From: an uncultured virus (IMG/VR IMGVR_UViG_3300025133_000065)
Lineage: Duplodnaviria; Heunggongvirae; Uroviricota; Caudoviricetes
Direction: 5' to 3' (one strand)
DNA: 64,000 bases
Virus record (IMG/VR): IMGVR_UViG_3300025133_000065
Part shown: piece after piece, positions 46,805 through 57,082 of the stretch
Layout: each line of letters starts with the position of its first letter
Numbering within the stretch: the first letter of the stretch is position 1
Made by a program: the position numbers and the translations under genes
Notes under the pieces: model-generated
Databases searched by the model: none
Seen by the model: the letters and a program-made list of their open reading frames with translations, nothing else
What the model was told of the DNA's origin: nothing

Positions 46805-48298
46805 TCAACCCGGCAGGTCATTTTCATCAATTATTCTAAATTTAAATTTATCCTTGAGTTCATAGTGATTACCTGCGTCATTAATTAAAAAACTAATTTG
46901 ATATGAAAAATCAGGCTCAAAGATGCTCATATCTAAATCAAAATAATTTCCAGCAGAATCATATGAAAGTTGTGAATAGCCAAGATTCCCAGAACCTGTC
47001 CCGTAATTGATTACGACTTCTTCGTCTACAAATCTTTGGACTTTATAATACATTTTTTCAATTATTGTGGGCTCAACCATTGTTGAAGCAACTGTATACA
47101 CAGTTGCTTGAAAATTTTTGTTTTGTACAAAGACTCTTAAATGTGCAGTGTCTGTTGCACCATATTCAGCTTGTAAGTTTGTAATATTTGTTTTATAAGA
47201 GTTGATAGGATAAGATATTTGAGTATCAAATGTTTTAACCGACACGGCAGAAGCTGTTAAGTACTCTGTTGAGCCGCTATGCCACACTGGATAAAGTTCA
47301 GTAACATTTAAATTAGAGTATGCAAAAGAGGCTGAATATATACCTGTTGAGACCTTGCTTCCAGTTGCATTAGTATCGTTGCTAACTACCACTCCACCAC
47401 CAATAGGAAGCTGCAATTTATTTCCTGCTGGTGCCGAGTTTGAACCTGAATAGACACTGACATATATCTTGTTATCCGCTCCAAGACCTGGAATATCTTG
47501 TAGTTGTCCCCTAACATAGTTATAAAAATAAAGAGTATTTAGGTTGTCTGCTGCGGGCACTCTTGAAGAACTGAGATAAAAACTGGAAGAGTCATCATAT
47601 CTTGAATCATTCCAACGTGCTTCAATTACTGGTCTTTTCAAAAAGTATTGACTGTCTTTTGCAAAGAATTTTTTTGTATAATAAGAAGTTTCAGCGTCTT
47701 CCAAAGAAGATGTTAAAAATATACCAAAGCCATAACTACCAGTTTTGTTGTTTAGCCACTCTTCAACGTGCCTTGTAACATTTATTTCTAAATCTTCTGT
47801 ACCCTCTGCAAAAAACTGGCTTGAGGTAACTGCTGCCGAGCCAGTATGAAAAGAACCACCCTCAACATCTCCGTGAAAAGTGGTCCAGTTTGTCGAGGAA
47901 GCCGCCTTGATCCAGTTTGAAACACCAGTATCAGAGTAATCATCCATATCTAACCCAATCCCCTCTGCCCAAGACTGGGATATTGCAGCGACTGTTAAAG
48001 TAAAATCCGTTGGGGTTGCAGATGAATGCTCCGCGTTATATACTCTCAAGTAAAAATCGACAGAGCCTGATGCTGGGATATTACCATCATCTCTTGACGC
48101 GGATAATGTTGCAATATCAAACTCCATTAAAGCTCTTGATAATTCACCCGATGTTGCTGATGCTTGACCATAAATACTAAAAACTTCAACAATATCAGAT
48201 GCACCCATATTGGAGCCGGTGCCACGAGTAGTTAAATTCTCTTTATACGCATTTGTAATTGTATTATCTTTTGTTGATTTAAATCTTCTGACTGCCAT
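46805..48298 (-). CDS. Hypothetical virion protein
   Basis: KDNTI, SRALMEFD, W.EG.G, DLEINVT..VEEW, KFFAKD......P.IEARW.D; Ser/Thr/Gly-rich. Confidence 0.6.
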   Translation of the reverse strand: MAVRRFKSTKDNTITNAYKENLTTRGTGSNMGASDIVEVFSIYGQASATSGELSRALMEFDIATLSASRDDGNIPASGSVDFYLRVYNAEHSSATPTDFTLTVAAISQSWAEGIGLDMDDYSDTGVSNWIKAASSTNWTTFHGDVEGGSFHTGSAAVTSSQFFAEGTEDLEINVTRHVEEWLNNKTGSYGFGIFLTSSLEDAETSYYTKKFFAKDSQYFLKRPVIEARWNDSRYDDSSSFYLSSSRVPAADNLNTLYFYNYVRGQLQDIPGLGADNKIYVSVYSGSNSAPAGNKLQLPIGGGVVVSNDTNATGSKVSTGIYSASFAYSNLNVTELYPVWHSGSTEYLTASAVSVKTFDTQISYPINSYKTNITNLQAEYGATDTAHLRVFVQNKNFQATVYTVASTMVEPTIIEKMYYKVQRFVDEEVVINYGTGSGNLGYSQLSYDSAGNYFDLDMSIFEPDFSYQISFLINDAGNHYELKDKFKFRIIDENDLPG

Positions 48299-50094
48299 TA
48301 GACCACCACTCCAATAATATTTTCATCTGGAAACTTTAATTCTAACACAACATTTTCTGGGATTATAATAAATCTTTCATCGTCTGTTGTTGCCCCTTCA
48401 ATGTCAAAGGCATATCCGCTATAATTTGCACCAAATTTTTGTTCAATTTGCACATCTTGTGCATCAACAACAGAATCAAGATCATTCAAAATTTTATAAA
48501 TTTCTGATATGTAAAAAGGCGTTCCAAAAAGAAGTTGAGTATTATAAAAATTCTTTAAAGCTCTGTTACACTGCTCTAAAACTTCGGATTGATTAGAGTC
48601 TAATGCTCCCAATACTTTGTACTTTATACTAAAATTAACTATTTGACCATCTAAAATATCAATCGTATCATTAATCATTTTGTACTGATTTAGCCAAACC
48701 TTTAAATTTTCTTTCGTAGTTGATGTTGACGTTGTTAAATTTTTATCCAAACCTTGTGACAAGACATATAGGTTTAAATTTCTTTTAAAAGAGTCTTTAT
48801 CTTGTACAATGTTTGCCCTTTTAATTGAACCAAATTTAGATGGCATTCTATAGATCAGGCTTATATAATCCTGCTGTGTCACTGCTCTATTCTGTGCGGA
48901 ATAGGCATCTAACGCTCGTATTCTTATTTCCTCTGGCACAAGATTGTCTGAGGAACCGAGGATAGGCTCTTCGTTTTCTACATCCAAGGAGTCTTCGATA
49001 AAAGATAAATTTTCACCTGATACCGAATCGGTATTCGGAAACGATAAAACTGCATTTGTTATTGAATTAACCGAATCAATTGGAATGTTAACAGTGCTTT
49101 GATCATTTTTTCTATAATTAATTATCAAGTCACCTGCGGGCGGAACAACTCCAAACTTATCATTTTTTAGCAAGACAGACGGGTCAAAACTATCATCAGA
49201 ATAATAATCGCGAGCATACCTCTGTAAAGCCGCTGACGCTGGTTCTGGGTATTCATTGCCCTTGAGACTATTTTCAGAGCCATACCCAAATTGCAGTGCC
49301 ACAGTCCCATCTTCATCGACATCTGTTGTAAATCTTCTTGCCGCCAGTTTTTCTCTAAGAATGTATGGGGCATCTTCATCGCCGCTCTTGCTTGGATTCC
49401 TTATCGGTTGTAATGAAACATTGTGGGACAGATAGGGGACTTCATAATACTCATTGCCCTCGGAATCAACAACAGAAATAATTTCTGTAATATTGCTGTC
49501 TGATAAAGACAATTTTAAGAACTTTTGATAATTTCCGACTGTCAAAATTTCAGTCTTTATCAATCCTGTTATTACATCACCATGTGCTTTAAAGGCAAAA
49601 GAAGTTGGATCTCCATTTCCATCCACTTGAGCCACAACAACTTCTGCGTCAGATTTATTAAAATCGACATCTGAAGTTAAAATAAGTGAAATTCCATTAT
49701 TACTGGAAAGGGTTGACCCCTCTTTTAACACTGGAATTAAATTTGTATCTGGAGTCTTATCAGAATTTGCTGGAATTTGAACATAAAAAACTGCTTTTCC
49801 ATTCGCAGAGTATGCTAACGGATTTTTGTATCCAAACTGTTTAGCAATTTTTAATAAGTTTTTTGTCTCAATCGCACTATCAACAAAACTTTCATTTGTT
49901 TGATAATCAATATAGAAAGATAACATGTCACCAACATAAGCAACAGTATCTAACATAAGTGAACCAAAAGATGACGCATTAAAATCTTTAAAAGTGTCGG
50001 GGTAATATGTTTTTGCATAATTAACCAGAGAATCTTTAATAGAGTCAAATTCTTTGCTAGAGTATTTTACTGGTTTTGTTTTCTTATCTGCCAT
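48298..50094 (-). CDS. Baseplate wedge subunit (gp6 / baseplate J-like)
   Basis: FDSIK.SL..YAK.YYP..FKDF..SS.G, AYVGD.LSFY.D, QFG.G, AQNRAVT..DY. Confidence 0.85.
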   Translation of the reverse strand: MADKKTKPVKYSSKEFDSIKDSLVNYAKTYYPDTFKDFNASSFGSLMLDTVAYVGDMLSFYIDYQTNESFVDSAIETKNLLKIAKQFGYKNPLAYSANGKAVFYVQIPANSDKTPDTNLIPVLKEGSTLSSNNGISLILTSDVDFNKSDAEVVVAQVDGNGDPTSFAFKAHGDVITGLIKTEILTVGNYQKFLKLSLSDSNITEIISVVDSEGNEYYEVPYLSHNVSLQPIRNPSKSGDEDAPYILREKLAARRFTTDVDEDGTVALQFGYGSENSLKGNEYPEPASAALQRYARDYYSDDSFDPSVLLKNDKFGVVPPAGDLIINYRKNDQSTVNIPIDSVNSITNAVLSFPNTDSVSGENLSFIEDSLDVENEEPILGSSDNLVPEEIRIRALDAYSAQNRAVTQQDYISLIYRMPSKFGSIKRANIVQDKDSFKRNLNLYVLSQGLDKNLTTSTSTTKENLKVWLNQYKMINDTIDILDGQIVNFSIKYKVLGALDSNQSEVLEQCNRALKNFYNTQLLFGTPFYISEIYKILNDLDSVVDAQDVQIEQKFGANYSGYAFDIEGATTDDERFIIIPENVVLELKFPDENIIGVVV

Positions 50095-50095
50095 A

Positions 50096-50473
50096 TTATA
50101 TGAACCCCTTTACATCTAAATCTAATGTATCACTTACAGATAGGCTTGGTATAACATATTCGACCCTTAAATATACTGTATTTTCTTCTATCTTTGTAAT
50201 TACATTTAATATTTGCACAAAGGGCAAATATTTATCTACTTGTGTAAATAGTCTTTCCTTTAAATCTTCTAAAATATCATCAGTTGCGTTTTCAAACAAA
50301 AGATTATAAAAGCCCACACCAAATTCAGCATCCATTACTCTTTCACCGGGGTTGGTAAAAATTAAATTTTTTAAATTTTGTTTTGTATTCTCAGTTAAGC
50401 CTTGTGTTAAAAGGTAAGGGCCACTACTTTTTGTATAGGCTAATGGCAATTTTGCTGAAATACCTGCTGACAT
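50096..50473 (-). CDS. Baseplate wedge / sheath initiator (gp25/GPW-like)
   Basis: KQNLKNLIFTNPGERVMDAEFGVG...LLFE, YLPFV. Confidence 0.88.
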   Translation of the reverse strand: MSAGISAKLPLAYTKSSGPYLLTQGLTENTKQNLKNLIFTNPGERVMDAEFGVGFYNLLFENATDDILEDLKERLFTQVDKYLPFVQILNVITKIEENTVYLRVEYVIPSLSVSDTLDLDVKGFI

Positions 50474-52231
50474 TTATGAAACCTCTATTGAACTTATTAA
50501 AGTAATTAGATTTTGATCTATAATATCGTCCATCTTATTCGCATCCTTGATAAATTTTTCAGGTGTAGTCCCCGAACTTAGAATAGTGTCCTTTGTAGCT
50601 TCATTATAAATTTTTTCATTGCTTATTACCGCTGATGTTACCTCTTCCAAAGAGTTTGTTTTTGAAAGAAAATATTCTTTTACAATCTGAATATTAAAAA
50701 GTTCATCCAATATTTTTTTAGAAAATAAAGAAATTATTTGCTTATCAACCAAAAAATCATAAGAATTCCGCCATGTAGCCGCCCAGCCTTCGCCCGTCGC
50801 CGTGTTTGCATGACTGGAAACTAATATCTTAGTAACTTGTTCTTTAGATAAGCTTATTTCATATTCTGCCATTGGAAAAGTTTCGTATTGTTCAACAGAA
50901 CAAGAAGCATTCTCATTCAGATCGCCACTGGATGTAAAGTCCTGTTCTATTAAATTGTAGACAAAAGTTTTATTTTTATAACAACTTTTAATATTTTTAC
51001 TTGCATATTCTTCTGTATCTTCAATTAAGGAATATATATTCGCTGTCAGCGGGCCTGTGCTGGGTGTGTTAACCTTCAAAGATGACTCATAGAGCTTATT
51101 TGTGTTGCCAAATTTAATTTTTTTAGAAATAAAATTATCTAAGAATGGAGCTTTTACAACAAGTCGAGCACCAAACTTTAAATTTAATTTATCAAGAATT
51201 TCTTCTTTGCTTAATAAAGATTTATTAGATGGGTTAAAGTTATGCTGATCGACGATTATCCTTAAAATGCTTAACAGCAAAGTAATTTCTCTAAAAGAAT
51301 AGTAATTTTTTTTATTTAAACCCCATTTATAATATTGAGTCAACCCATTACCATCCGGTGTTGCATAAGGTTTATATTTTAATAACAAACTATAATCAAA
51401 CTTAAAATAATATTCTATATAAGCACCCGCGTCTAAAAGAATAGAGTGGTTTGTCTCTTTAGTTGTTTCTGCATAAAATTTACCAAAGTCAAAAGGTTCC
51501 GTAAATGTTTTTTTATCATCCAATAAAGTAGTTATTGTATTATTAAATTCGTCTTCATTAAAAATTCTATTTTGAAATGAAATTGTTCGATCATTATAAA
51601 ATGATGAAAACGGATTAATGAATACTGAATATCCAAAATCAGTTTTAAACCCTTGAAAGCCTCCAGTATGACTTTTGCCCTTTAGGAGATAGCTTATCGT
51701 AGGCCAGTCAAAGAGCGTTGAGACTGCTGATACTGCAATATGTGTTACTGCGTCGGGTACAAAGGCTTTTGAGATATTCTCTTTAGTCTGTTGTATAATA
51801 TTTTTTTGCTCTGGCTGAGTTTTGGATAGAGTTAGAATAGAAAGATGTTTATAAAGCTCATTAGCAAAAACCTCCTTTAAAGCTATATCTGCGTTCTTTT
51901 CCTTTGTTATTTTATTATCCAACTGACTTATGCCATTTGGTAAGTTACTTTCTTTCATGTAATAACAAGCAAACCTATAATATTTTTTACTTTCAGAATC
52001 TGTTAAAAAACTATTAAACAAAGAAGTGTATGGCTCTTCTGTTTCTATTAAATTAACAAAATATTTAATCGCCTCTGAGTTATTTCCATCTTTTGTCAGT
52101 GATGATAAAAAGCCAGAGGAAAAATTAAATTTAAATAAATTTTGCCGAGCTTCTTTCAGAAAGTGGTTTTTAAACCTTTCCTCAAAAAGATTTTGAAAAC
52201 TCATCAACGTGTATTCTTTAAAATTAAGCAT
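50474..52231 (-). CDS. Hypothetical protein
   Basis: 585-aa AT-rich ORF in the baseplate region. Confidence 0.55.
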   Translation of the reverse strand: MLNFKEYTLMSFQNLFEERFKNHFLKEARQNLFKFNFSSGFLSSLTKDGNNSEAIKYFVNLIETEEPYTSLFNSFLTDSESKKYYRFACYYMKESNLPNGISQLDNKITKEKNADIALKEVFANELYKHLSILTLSKTQPEQKNIIQQTKENISKAFVPDAVTHIAVSAVSTLFDWPTISYLLKGKSHTGGFQGFKTDFGYSVFINPFSSFYNDRTISFQNRIFNEDEFNNTITTLLDDKKTFTEPFDFGKFYAETTKETNHSILLDAGAYIEYYFKFDYSLLLKYKPYATPDGNGLTQYYKWGLNKKNYYSFREITLLLSILRIIVDQHNFNPSNKSLLSKEEILDKLNLKFGARLVVKAPFLDNFISKKIKFGNTNKLYESSLKVNTPSTGPLTANIYSLIEDTEEYASKNIKSCYKNKTFVYNLIEQDFTSSGDLNENASCSVEQYETFPMAEYEISLSKEQVTKILVSSHANTATGEGWAATWRNSYDFLVDKQIISLFSKKILDELFNIQIVKEYFLSKTNSLEEVTSAVISNEKIYNEATKDTILSSGTTPEKFIKDANKMDDIIDQNLITLISSIEVS

Positions 52232-52233
52232 TA

Positions 52234-54213
52234 TTATAATCCAAAGTCCTTTTTCAAATTGGCAAATTTTAGTTCTGCATTTAAGGAGTCTTTGTCACCT
52301 ACATTTAATTCACTATCTTTCTGAAGATTTTTTAATTGACTTCTTAATAACTCTTTAGAGTATTTATAAAAACCATTAAAACTCACGCCTACTCCCGACT
52401 CTGCGGTTTTAAACTCTTGCCCCGGTGACGGTGCAGACCATCCGTTATAAAAATTCAAAAAATCAAAATTTTGAGGAATTGACTTACTCACCAAACTTAG
52501 GACTGCAAATGGATAGCTGGCCTCTAAGTATCTTTTTGCAAAACCATTTAAACTTTTTAATAAACTTTCTTGTTTGTCTTCTGAACCAATATAATTTGAA
52601 ATAAGAAGGGTGTTGTTATTAAAACTTAAGTCATTACTTTCAAGCCAGTATTTTTGTATTGAATTATTTATTTTTTTGAAGTTGTATGCTCCGTCTTCAA
52701 TAATTTTTTGTTTTTCAACAGTTGTTGTTAGCTCTACACCACCGCCAATTATAACTTTGCCTTCGCCGTACTGGGATAAGGAAACCCCTTCTTTGTTAAC
52801 TCCAATGGCAACGAATGAACTATTATCGGAATTATAATTAATGAGTTTTGGAACAACTTTATTAGAGGAGTCTGTATAAAAGTCATTAATATAATCTTGA
52901 TATGATTCGTTTAACACTGGAATAGTCTTATAAGATTCATAAGTATTATCAACAATAAAATCGTTTATACCAGTAGCCTCCATCAATGCTCCGAGCGGCA
53001 ATGGAGGTAGGCCCATCTCTGGATTTAATAAAGCACACAAGTTGTTGACATTTGAAAGAACGCCTTCTAACTGTTCTGGCTTTAAATCACAGGGGTCTGG
53101 TATGCAAATATCCGCTTTTGATTTATTTAAGATTTCAACAAAATTTATAAAACTGCCTATTGCTTGAAAAAATGTCAAAATTTCTTGTTCGTTGTTAAGC
53201 TTAACACCCCGATTTTGCAAAGCAAGAGTTGAGTTCTGAGTCAATATCTTATTAACAATATTGCAGTTTCCTTGCCCTAAAAACAAGAAAATAAATTCTT
53301 CTTGCTGAATAGTTGGATTCTGTTGAGTTTCACTAATATAGGTGCGAATATCTTTGTTCTGAACATTACCAGGGGTTAATCCTAAAGTCTTTGTATTTTG
53401 TATTGCTGCCTCTGTTATATATGGGTCAATGAGTATTTTTTTCAAAGGTGAATAATTGTCATAAAACCCTGTCTCATCAGGTTCAGCCCATTGATTTGCT
53501 AAGTCTAACAAGACAGATGAAACCGTATTAATGATTGGAGTTGTTACTAAACACAAACTAATGCAAAGTCCCTCAGATACAAGATTGTCAAGAATATCAG
53601 TAAAATCTGGGATATCGATATAAGGTAATTCCGGTATCAATGGAATTTCAAAATTTGGTAGACGGCTTTCAAAAACTTCTGCTTGCTCAAGCCTTGCACC
53701 ACAAACTGTATTAACCTCTTTTTTTATAATTGAAGAGTCGGCAACTTGTTTTGCAAGCTTGCTCAATAAAATTAAGAGATAATATTGAACAGGCAGTACG
53801 GATAAGAACTTTCTATATTGGTCATCCATACAACCTGGAAATCTTGGTTCTCCCGACAAAGATTTTACAATTTCAACAACCGCACTAGCAATATTGCCCG
53901 CAACTTGCGCTGAACTATCTTTATTCTTGGCTGAATCTATTGCATTTTTAGCAGACTGCAAATATGGAGTACATCCTTCGATACCTGCAAAAGTATCAAG
54001 TGTTGGTGATAGACTTCCCCCCTGCTTTGTTTGTTTACACTTACCTGACAACTCCACGTTTGCCAAACGAGCGACTGCATCATCCAAACTTTGAATAAGT
54101 TCAAGCCCGGTTGTTCCGTATGCCCAAGCAGAAGCTAAGACACTGCCGGCAGTTACCTGTGAATCGACTTTTGTTTCAGCCGCTTTTTGTTTTGTATTTG
54201 GGTTATCTGCCAT
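52234..54213 (-). CDS. Hypothetical protein
   Basis: 659-aa ORF with scattered Cys and a Pro-rich stretch (FEIPLIPELPYIDIPDF). Confidence 0.55.
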   Translation of the reverse strand: MADNPNTKQKAAETKVDSQVTAGSVLASAWAYGTTGLELIQSLDDAVARLANVELSGKCKQTKQGGSLSPTLDTFAGIEGCTPYLQSAKNAIDSAKNKDSSAQVAGNIASAVVEIVKSLSGEPRFPGCMDDQYRKFLSVLPVQYYLLILLSKLAKQVADSSIIKKEVNTVCGARLEQAEVFESRLPNFEIPLIPELPYIDIPDFTDILDNLVSEGLCISLCLVTTPIINTVSSVLLDLANQWAEPDETGFYDNYSPLKKILIDPYITEAAIQNTKTLGLTPGNVQNKDIRTYISETQQNPTIQQEEFIFLFLGQGNCNIVNKILTQNSTLALQNRGVKLNNEQEILTFFQAIGSFINFVEILNKSKADICIPDPCDLKPEQLEGVLSNVNNLCALLNPEMGLPPLPLGALMEATGINDFIVDNTYESYKTIPVLNESYQDYINDFYTDSSNKVVPKLINYNSDNSSFVAIGVNKEGVSLSQYGEGKVIIGGGVELTTTVEKQKIIEDGAYNFKKINNSIQKYWLESNDLSFNNNTLLISNYIGSEDKQESLLKSLNGFAKRYLEASYPFAVLSLVSKSIPQNFDFLNFYNGWSAPSPGQEFKTAESGVGVSFNGFYKYSKELLRSQLKNLQKDSELNVGDKDSLNAELKFANLKKDFGL

Positions 54214-54214
54214 T

Positions 54215-55222
54215 TTAGTTCGTAAAGTTAAATTTGCTGCTAAATCCGCCTTGTGAGATATCAGATGTGTTAATTCTTAAAGCCACCTGATTGTATTTAG
54301 CAGTAATATTTCTTAATACATTAAATATGTCCAAAGGAGTTTTTACTGCTCCAATTGCAATCGCCAAGTCGATACTGGGGAGCGTAACAGGACTTAGTGG
54401 CGGAATAATTGGGTGAACATGCAGTGCTAACGCTGTATCCAGTGCTTTTTGGGCTTTAATTACCTTTAAAAGAACCTTATTAACATCAGATATTCTTGAA
54501 GAAACCTCTCTCATTCTCTTTTCTAAAGCATACCCTTTTACTATCGGCTGTAGCCCAAAAACGGATTTTTCGTCTTTTAATGTTTTTTCATCTGGGTTGC
54601 CAAAGATGAGGCTAACACCGACATAATCAGTATTTGATCTCTCGTTTTTAAAACGAGAACCATAGTTTGGTAAAGTTGGATCATAACCTGCAATGATATT
54701 GACCCCACCGTTTCTGGCCTTAACTTCTATAACATCTGCATTGACCTCAAAAACAGAAACAGCGGTTTGTGGGGATCTTGTTGTAGCCTTTCTATCTTTA
54801 TTTTTAGGATCGGATGTGTCAATTACAGCATCTTTTCCTGTATCAGTTTTTTGATAAATTGTAAGGCCCGCGCCATACCTTAAATCCGGCTTAGACAAAT
54901 CTATCTTATCGCCGTCTTTCTTGCCTTCGTTTAAAAATCCAACACCTAAAACAACCTTATTTGCAAAATCTCCACCGGAACCAGTCGTTGTTAATGTAGT
55001 GCCATAGCGAGCATCTTGCCCAAGGTATAAAACAGAATCTGCCTCGCCATCAATAACCACAGCGCCTTTTTTCTTATTATCTGAGAAATCCGGTGTGTGC
55101 AATCCTTTAAAACTTCTATCACCGTTGTTAAGTTTATTTGAACCTTTTTGAGCATCTTGACGTTTTGGTGTAAGATTCCCAGTTTTTCTTGATTGTACTG
55201 ATGATACTCCGTTGCCTGCCAT
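54215..55222 (-). CDS. Possible baseplate spike (gp5/gpV C-terminal-like)
   Basis: Beta-rich middle (VNADVIEVKARNGGVNIIAG), QPIVKG..L and an HVHP motif near the C-terminus. Confidence 0.45.
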   Translation of the reverse strand: MAGNGVSSVQSRKTGNLTPKRQDAQKGSNKLNNGDRSFKGLHTPDFSDNKKKGAVVIDGEADSVLYLGQDARYGTTLTTTGSGGDFANKVVLGVGFLNEGKKDGDKIDLSKPDLRYGAGLTIYQKTDTGKDAVIDTSDPKNKDRKATTRSPQTAVSVFEVNADVIEVKARNGGVNIIAGYDPTLPNYGSRFKNERSNTDYVGVSLIFGNPDEKTLKDEKSVFGLQPIVKGYALEKRMREVSSRISDVNKVLLKVIKAQKALDTALALHVHPIIPPLSPVTLPSIDLAIAIGAVKTPLDIFNVLRNITAKYNQVALRINTSDISQGGFSSKFNFTN

Positions 55223-55773
55223 TATACCCCCTGTGGAAAAAATTGTTTTGCTGAATTGTTTTTCCGCTCTGTGTATTCACTCAATTTTGGGTCCATTTCT
55301 GGTCTTAAAGAGGGAAATCCTGCAAATTTAATTGTTGCAAATTCTTGTGGATTGTCATAACTTACAACAACTATTTCGTTACTTATTGGTAATCTATTAT
55401 TTGATAAGCCTGGATTGACATAAGACTTTAAAAGCGAACCATAATATTCATCTTTCGTAATAATTTTATTGAATAAATCTTGAAAAGAGCTTGTTAATCC
55501 ATCAACCTCTAAATATATTGCATATAAACTATTTTCATCAGAATTTATAATAAGGTCTTGGATTGCCCTTCCAGACAACTGAGAAGTGTCTTCTACCTCC
55601 TCTACAAGTCTTGCAATTGCTATACCTGGGAAGCTAAATTCATTTTCAGTTGTCTGAACCTCTCTCGCAGCTTTATTGCCTAATAATTGAACCAGATCAT
55701 CTCTTTCAATGGTTGCACCAGGATCTAAATTATAGGGCAATAAATCTAATTGATTATAACGATTTATTGTCAT
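55222..55773 (-). CDS. Hypothetical protein (possible spike N-terminal OB-like domain)
   Basis: LP..NEIVVVSYDN resembles the P..G..V.V.F..G pattern; coupled to the spike-like ORF. Confidence 0.4.
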   Translation of the reverse strand: MTINRYNQLDLLPYNLDPGATIERDDLVQLLGNKAAREVQTTENEFSFPGIAIARLVEEVEDTSQLSGRAIQDLIINSDENSLYAIYLEVDGLTSSFQDLFNKIITKDEYYGSLLKSYVNPGLSNNRLPISNEIVVVSYDNPQEFATIKFAGFPSLRPEMDPKLSEYTERKNNSAKQFFPQGV

Positions 55774-56084
55774 TATTCCTCTCCAGATGCCCTTTCGCTC
55801 ATTTCACCCTGAATCAATTCAAAAAGATTGTCTTTTTCGTTGTCTGAAAGTTCAACACTACCATTTTGTTGTTCAGCCTTTTGAAGAAGGTGAAGAACTT
55901 TTACAAGTTGCTCGTTTGAGCGCTGTAAAGTTTCAACATATTTTGCGGCAACAAAACCAGCTTTTGTATTTTCAACTTGTTTTTGTTGGATTTCTTGTTG
56001 AAGGTCTTGCAATAATGACTCAGTAGTTGATCTATCAGTTCTAATATTGTCAAGGGCTTCTTCTATTAACTTGTTCTTATTCAT
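55773..56084 (-). CDS. Small coiled-coil protein (weak candidate for terminase small subunit)
   Basis: 103 aa, two long helices; AAGGTGG RBS and an upstream CCTAATTA variant of the motif. Confidence 0.45.
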   Translation of the reverse strand: MNKNKLIEEALDNIRTDRSTTESLLQDLQQEIQQKQVENTKAGFVAAKYVETLQRSNEQLVKVLHLLQKAEQQNGSVELSDNEKDNLFELIQGEMSERASGEE

Positions 56085-56123
56085 TAACGACCACCTTATA
56101 GGTAATTAGGTTAATTGTTAAAA

Positions 56124-56816
56124 TTAGTTATTCCACTCTTTAATGAAGTTTTTATATTCGGCTTTAATCCTTCTAAGTGTTGGAGCCAACTGTTTTGTTG
56201 TCAGGCCAGTCATTTCCCTGAGATATAGATAAATTGCTTTTTTATTTAAAATTTCAAGCTTGTCCATATTTTCAAGCATGTATTCTATTGATGAAATAAT
56301 CTTTTTATCATTATCATTTTTTATAATAGAATTATTTTTTTCCAAGCCCTTGATGAAAACGAGCAGGGCTGCCCAGAACTCGCGCTTTTCCCTATTGTGC
56401 TCATATGGGTGGGAAGTCATTATAAAACGGCTCTGAGAGGATTTTAGAGCGTCATCTAAGGCTATTTCCCTTCTCGCTGCTTGAGCATTTTTTTTCGCCT
56501 TGTGAATAAACCAGTTTTTAGTAATAACACTGAAATAAGAAAAAGCTTTGGAACCTCTGTTTGGGTCATACTTGTTTAAAATTGTTGTAAGCCAAACTTT
56601 ACAGTCATCTTTTAAATAATTAATATTTGGAAGATTATTAAATTTATAAGTATAAACAATCTTATCTACTAGTTCATTAAAAGCAGGTTGAATCAGCTCG
56701 CCGTATAATTTGGTCTTTTCTGTTAAGTCAGAAGAACTTGCATATTGTACTATTGCGACTTCATGTATTTTTGTAAAATACATGTTTTTAGTTCTTTTTT
56801 TTCTTTTCTTTGTCAT
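56124..56816 (-). CDS. Phage sigma factor (gp55-like, late transcription)
   Basis: YF.......AI..Y, KYDPNRGSKAFSYFSVITKNWFI (region 2-like), NKKAIYLYLREMTG. Confidence 0.7.
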   Translation of the reverse strand: MTKKRKKRTKNMYFTKIHEVAIVQYASSSDLTEKTKLYGELIQPAFNELVDKIVYTYKFNNLPNINYLKDDCKVWLTTILNKYDPNRGSKAFSYFSVITKNWFIHKAKKNAQAARREIALDDALKSSQSRFIMTSHPYEHNREKREFWAALLVFIKGLEKNNSIIKNDNDKKIISSIEYMLENMDKLEILNKKAIYLYLREMTGLTTKQLAPTLRRIKAEYKNFIKEWNN

Positions 56817-57082
56817 GAATACTTACTTTTAAACTCTTCTAAGTCCCTTCTTAGCTCTTTTGAGTGCTCTAACATTTTTTCTAAATTTTCGTCGCCATAA
56901 AACATAGGCAGTTCATATAATTCTTCTAAGTGCTTTGTAAAACTATCTACTGATAGATTGATTTGGTCAAAATTTTCATTAAAATATAAAAGCTTTCTTA
57001 ATAAAAAAATGTTAAACCAAATTGATCCAAAAAAAATACCAATAAAAATTATTGTTCCTATTATTGCTAAACTTTCAATCAT
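56813..57082 (-). CDS. Small membrane protein
   Basis: N-terminal TM then a coiled coil with MFYGDE.L..M..H. Confidence 0.55.
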   Translation of the reverse strand: MIESLAIIGTIIFIGIFFGSIWFNIFLLRKLLYFNENFDQINLSVDSFTKHLEELYELPMFYGDENLEKMLEHSKELRRDLEEFKSKYS

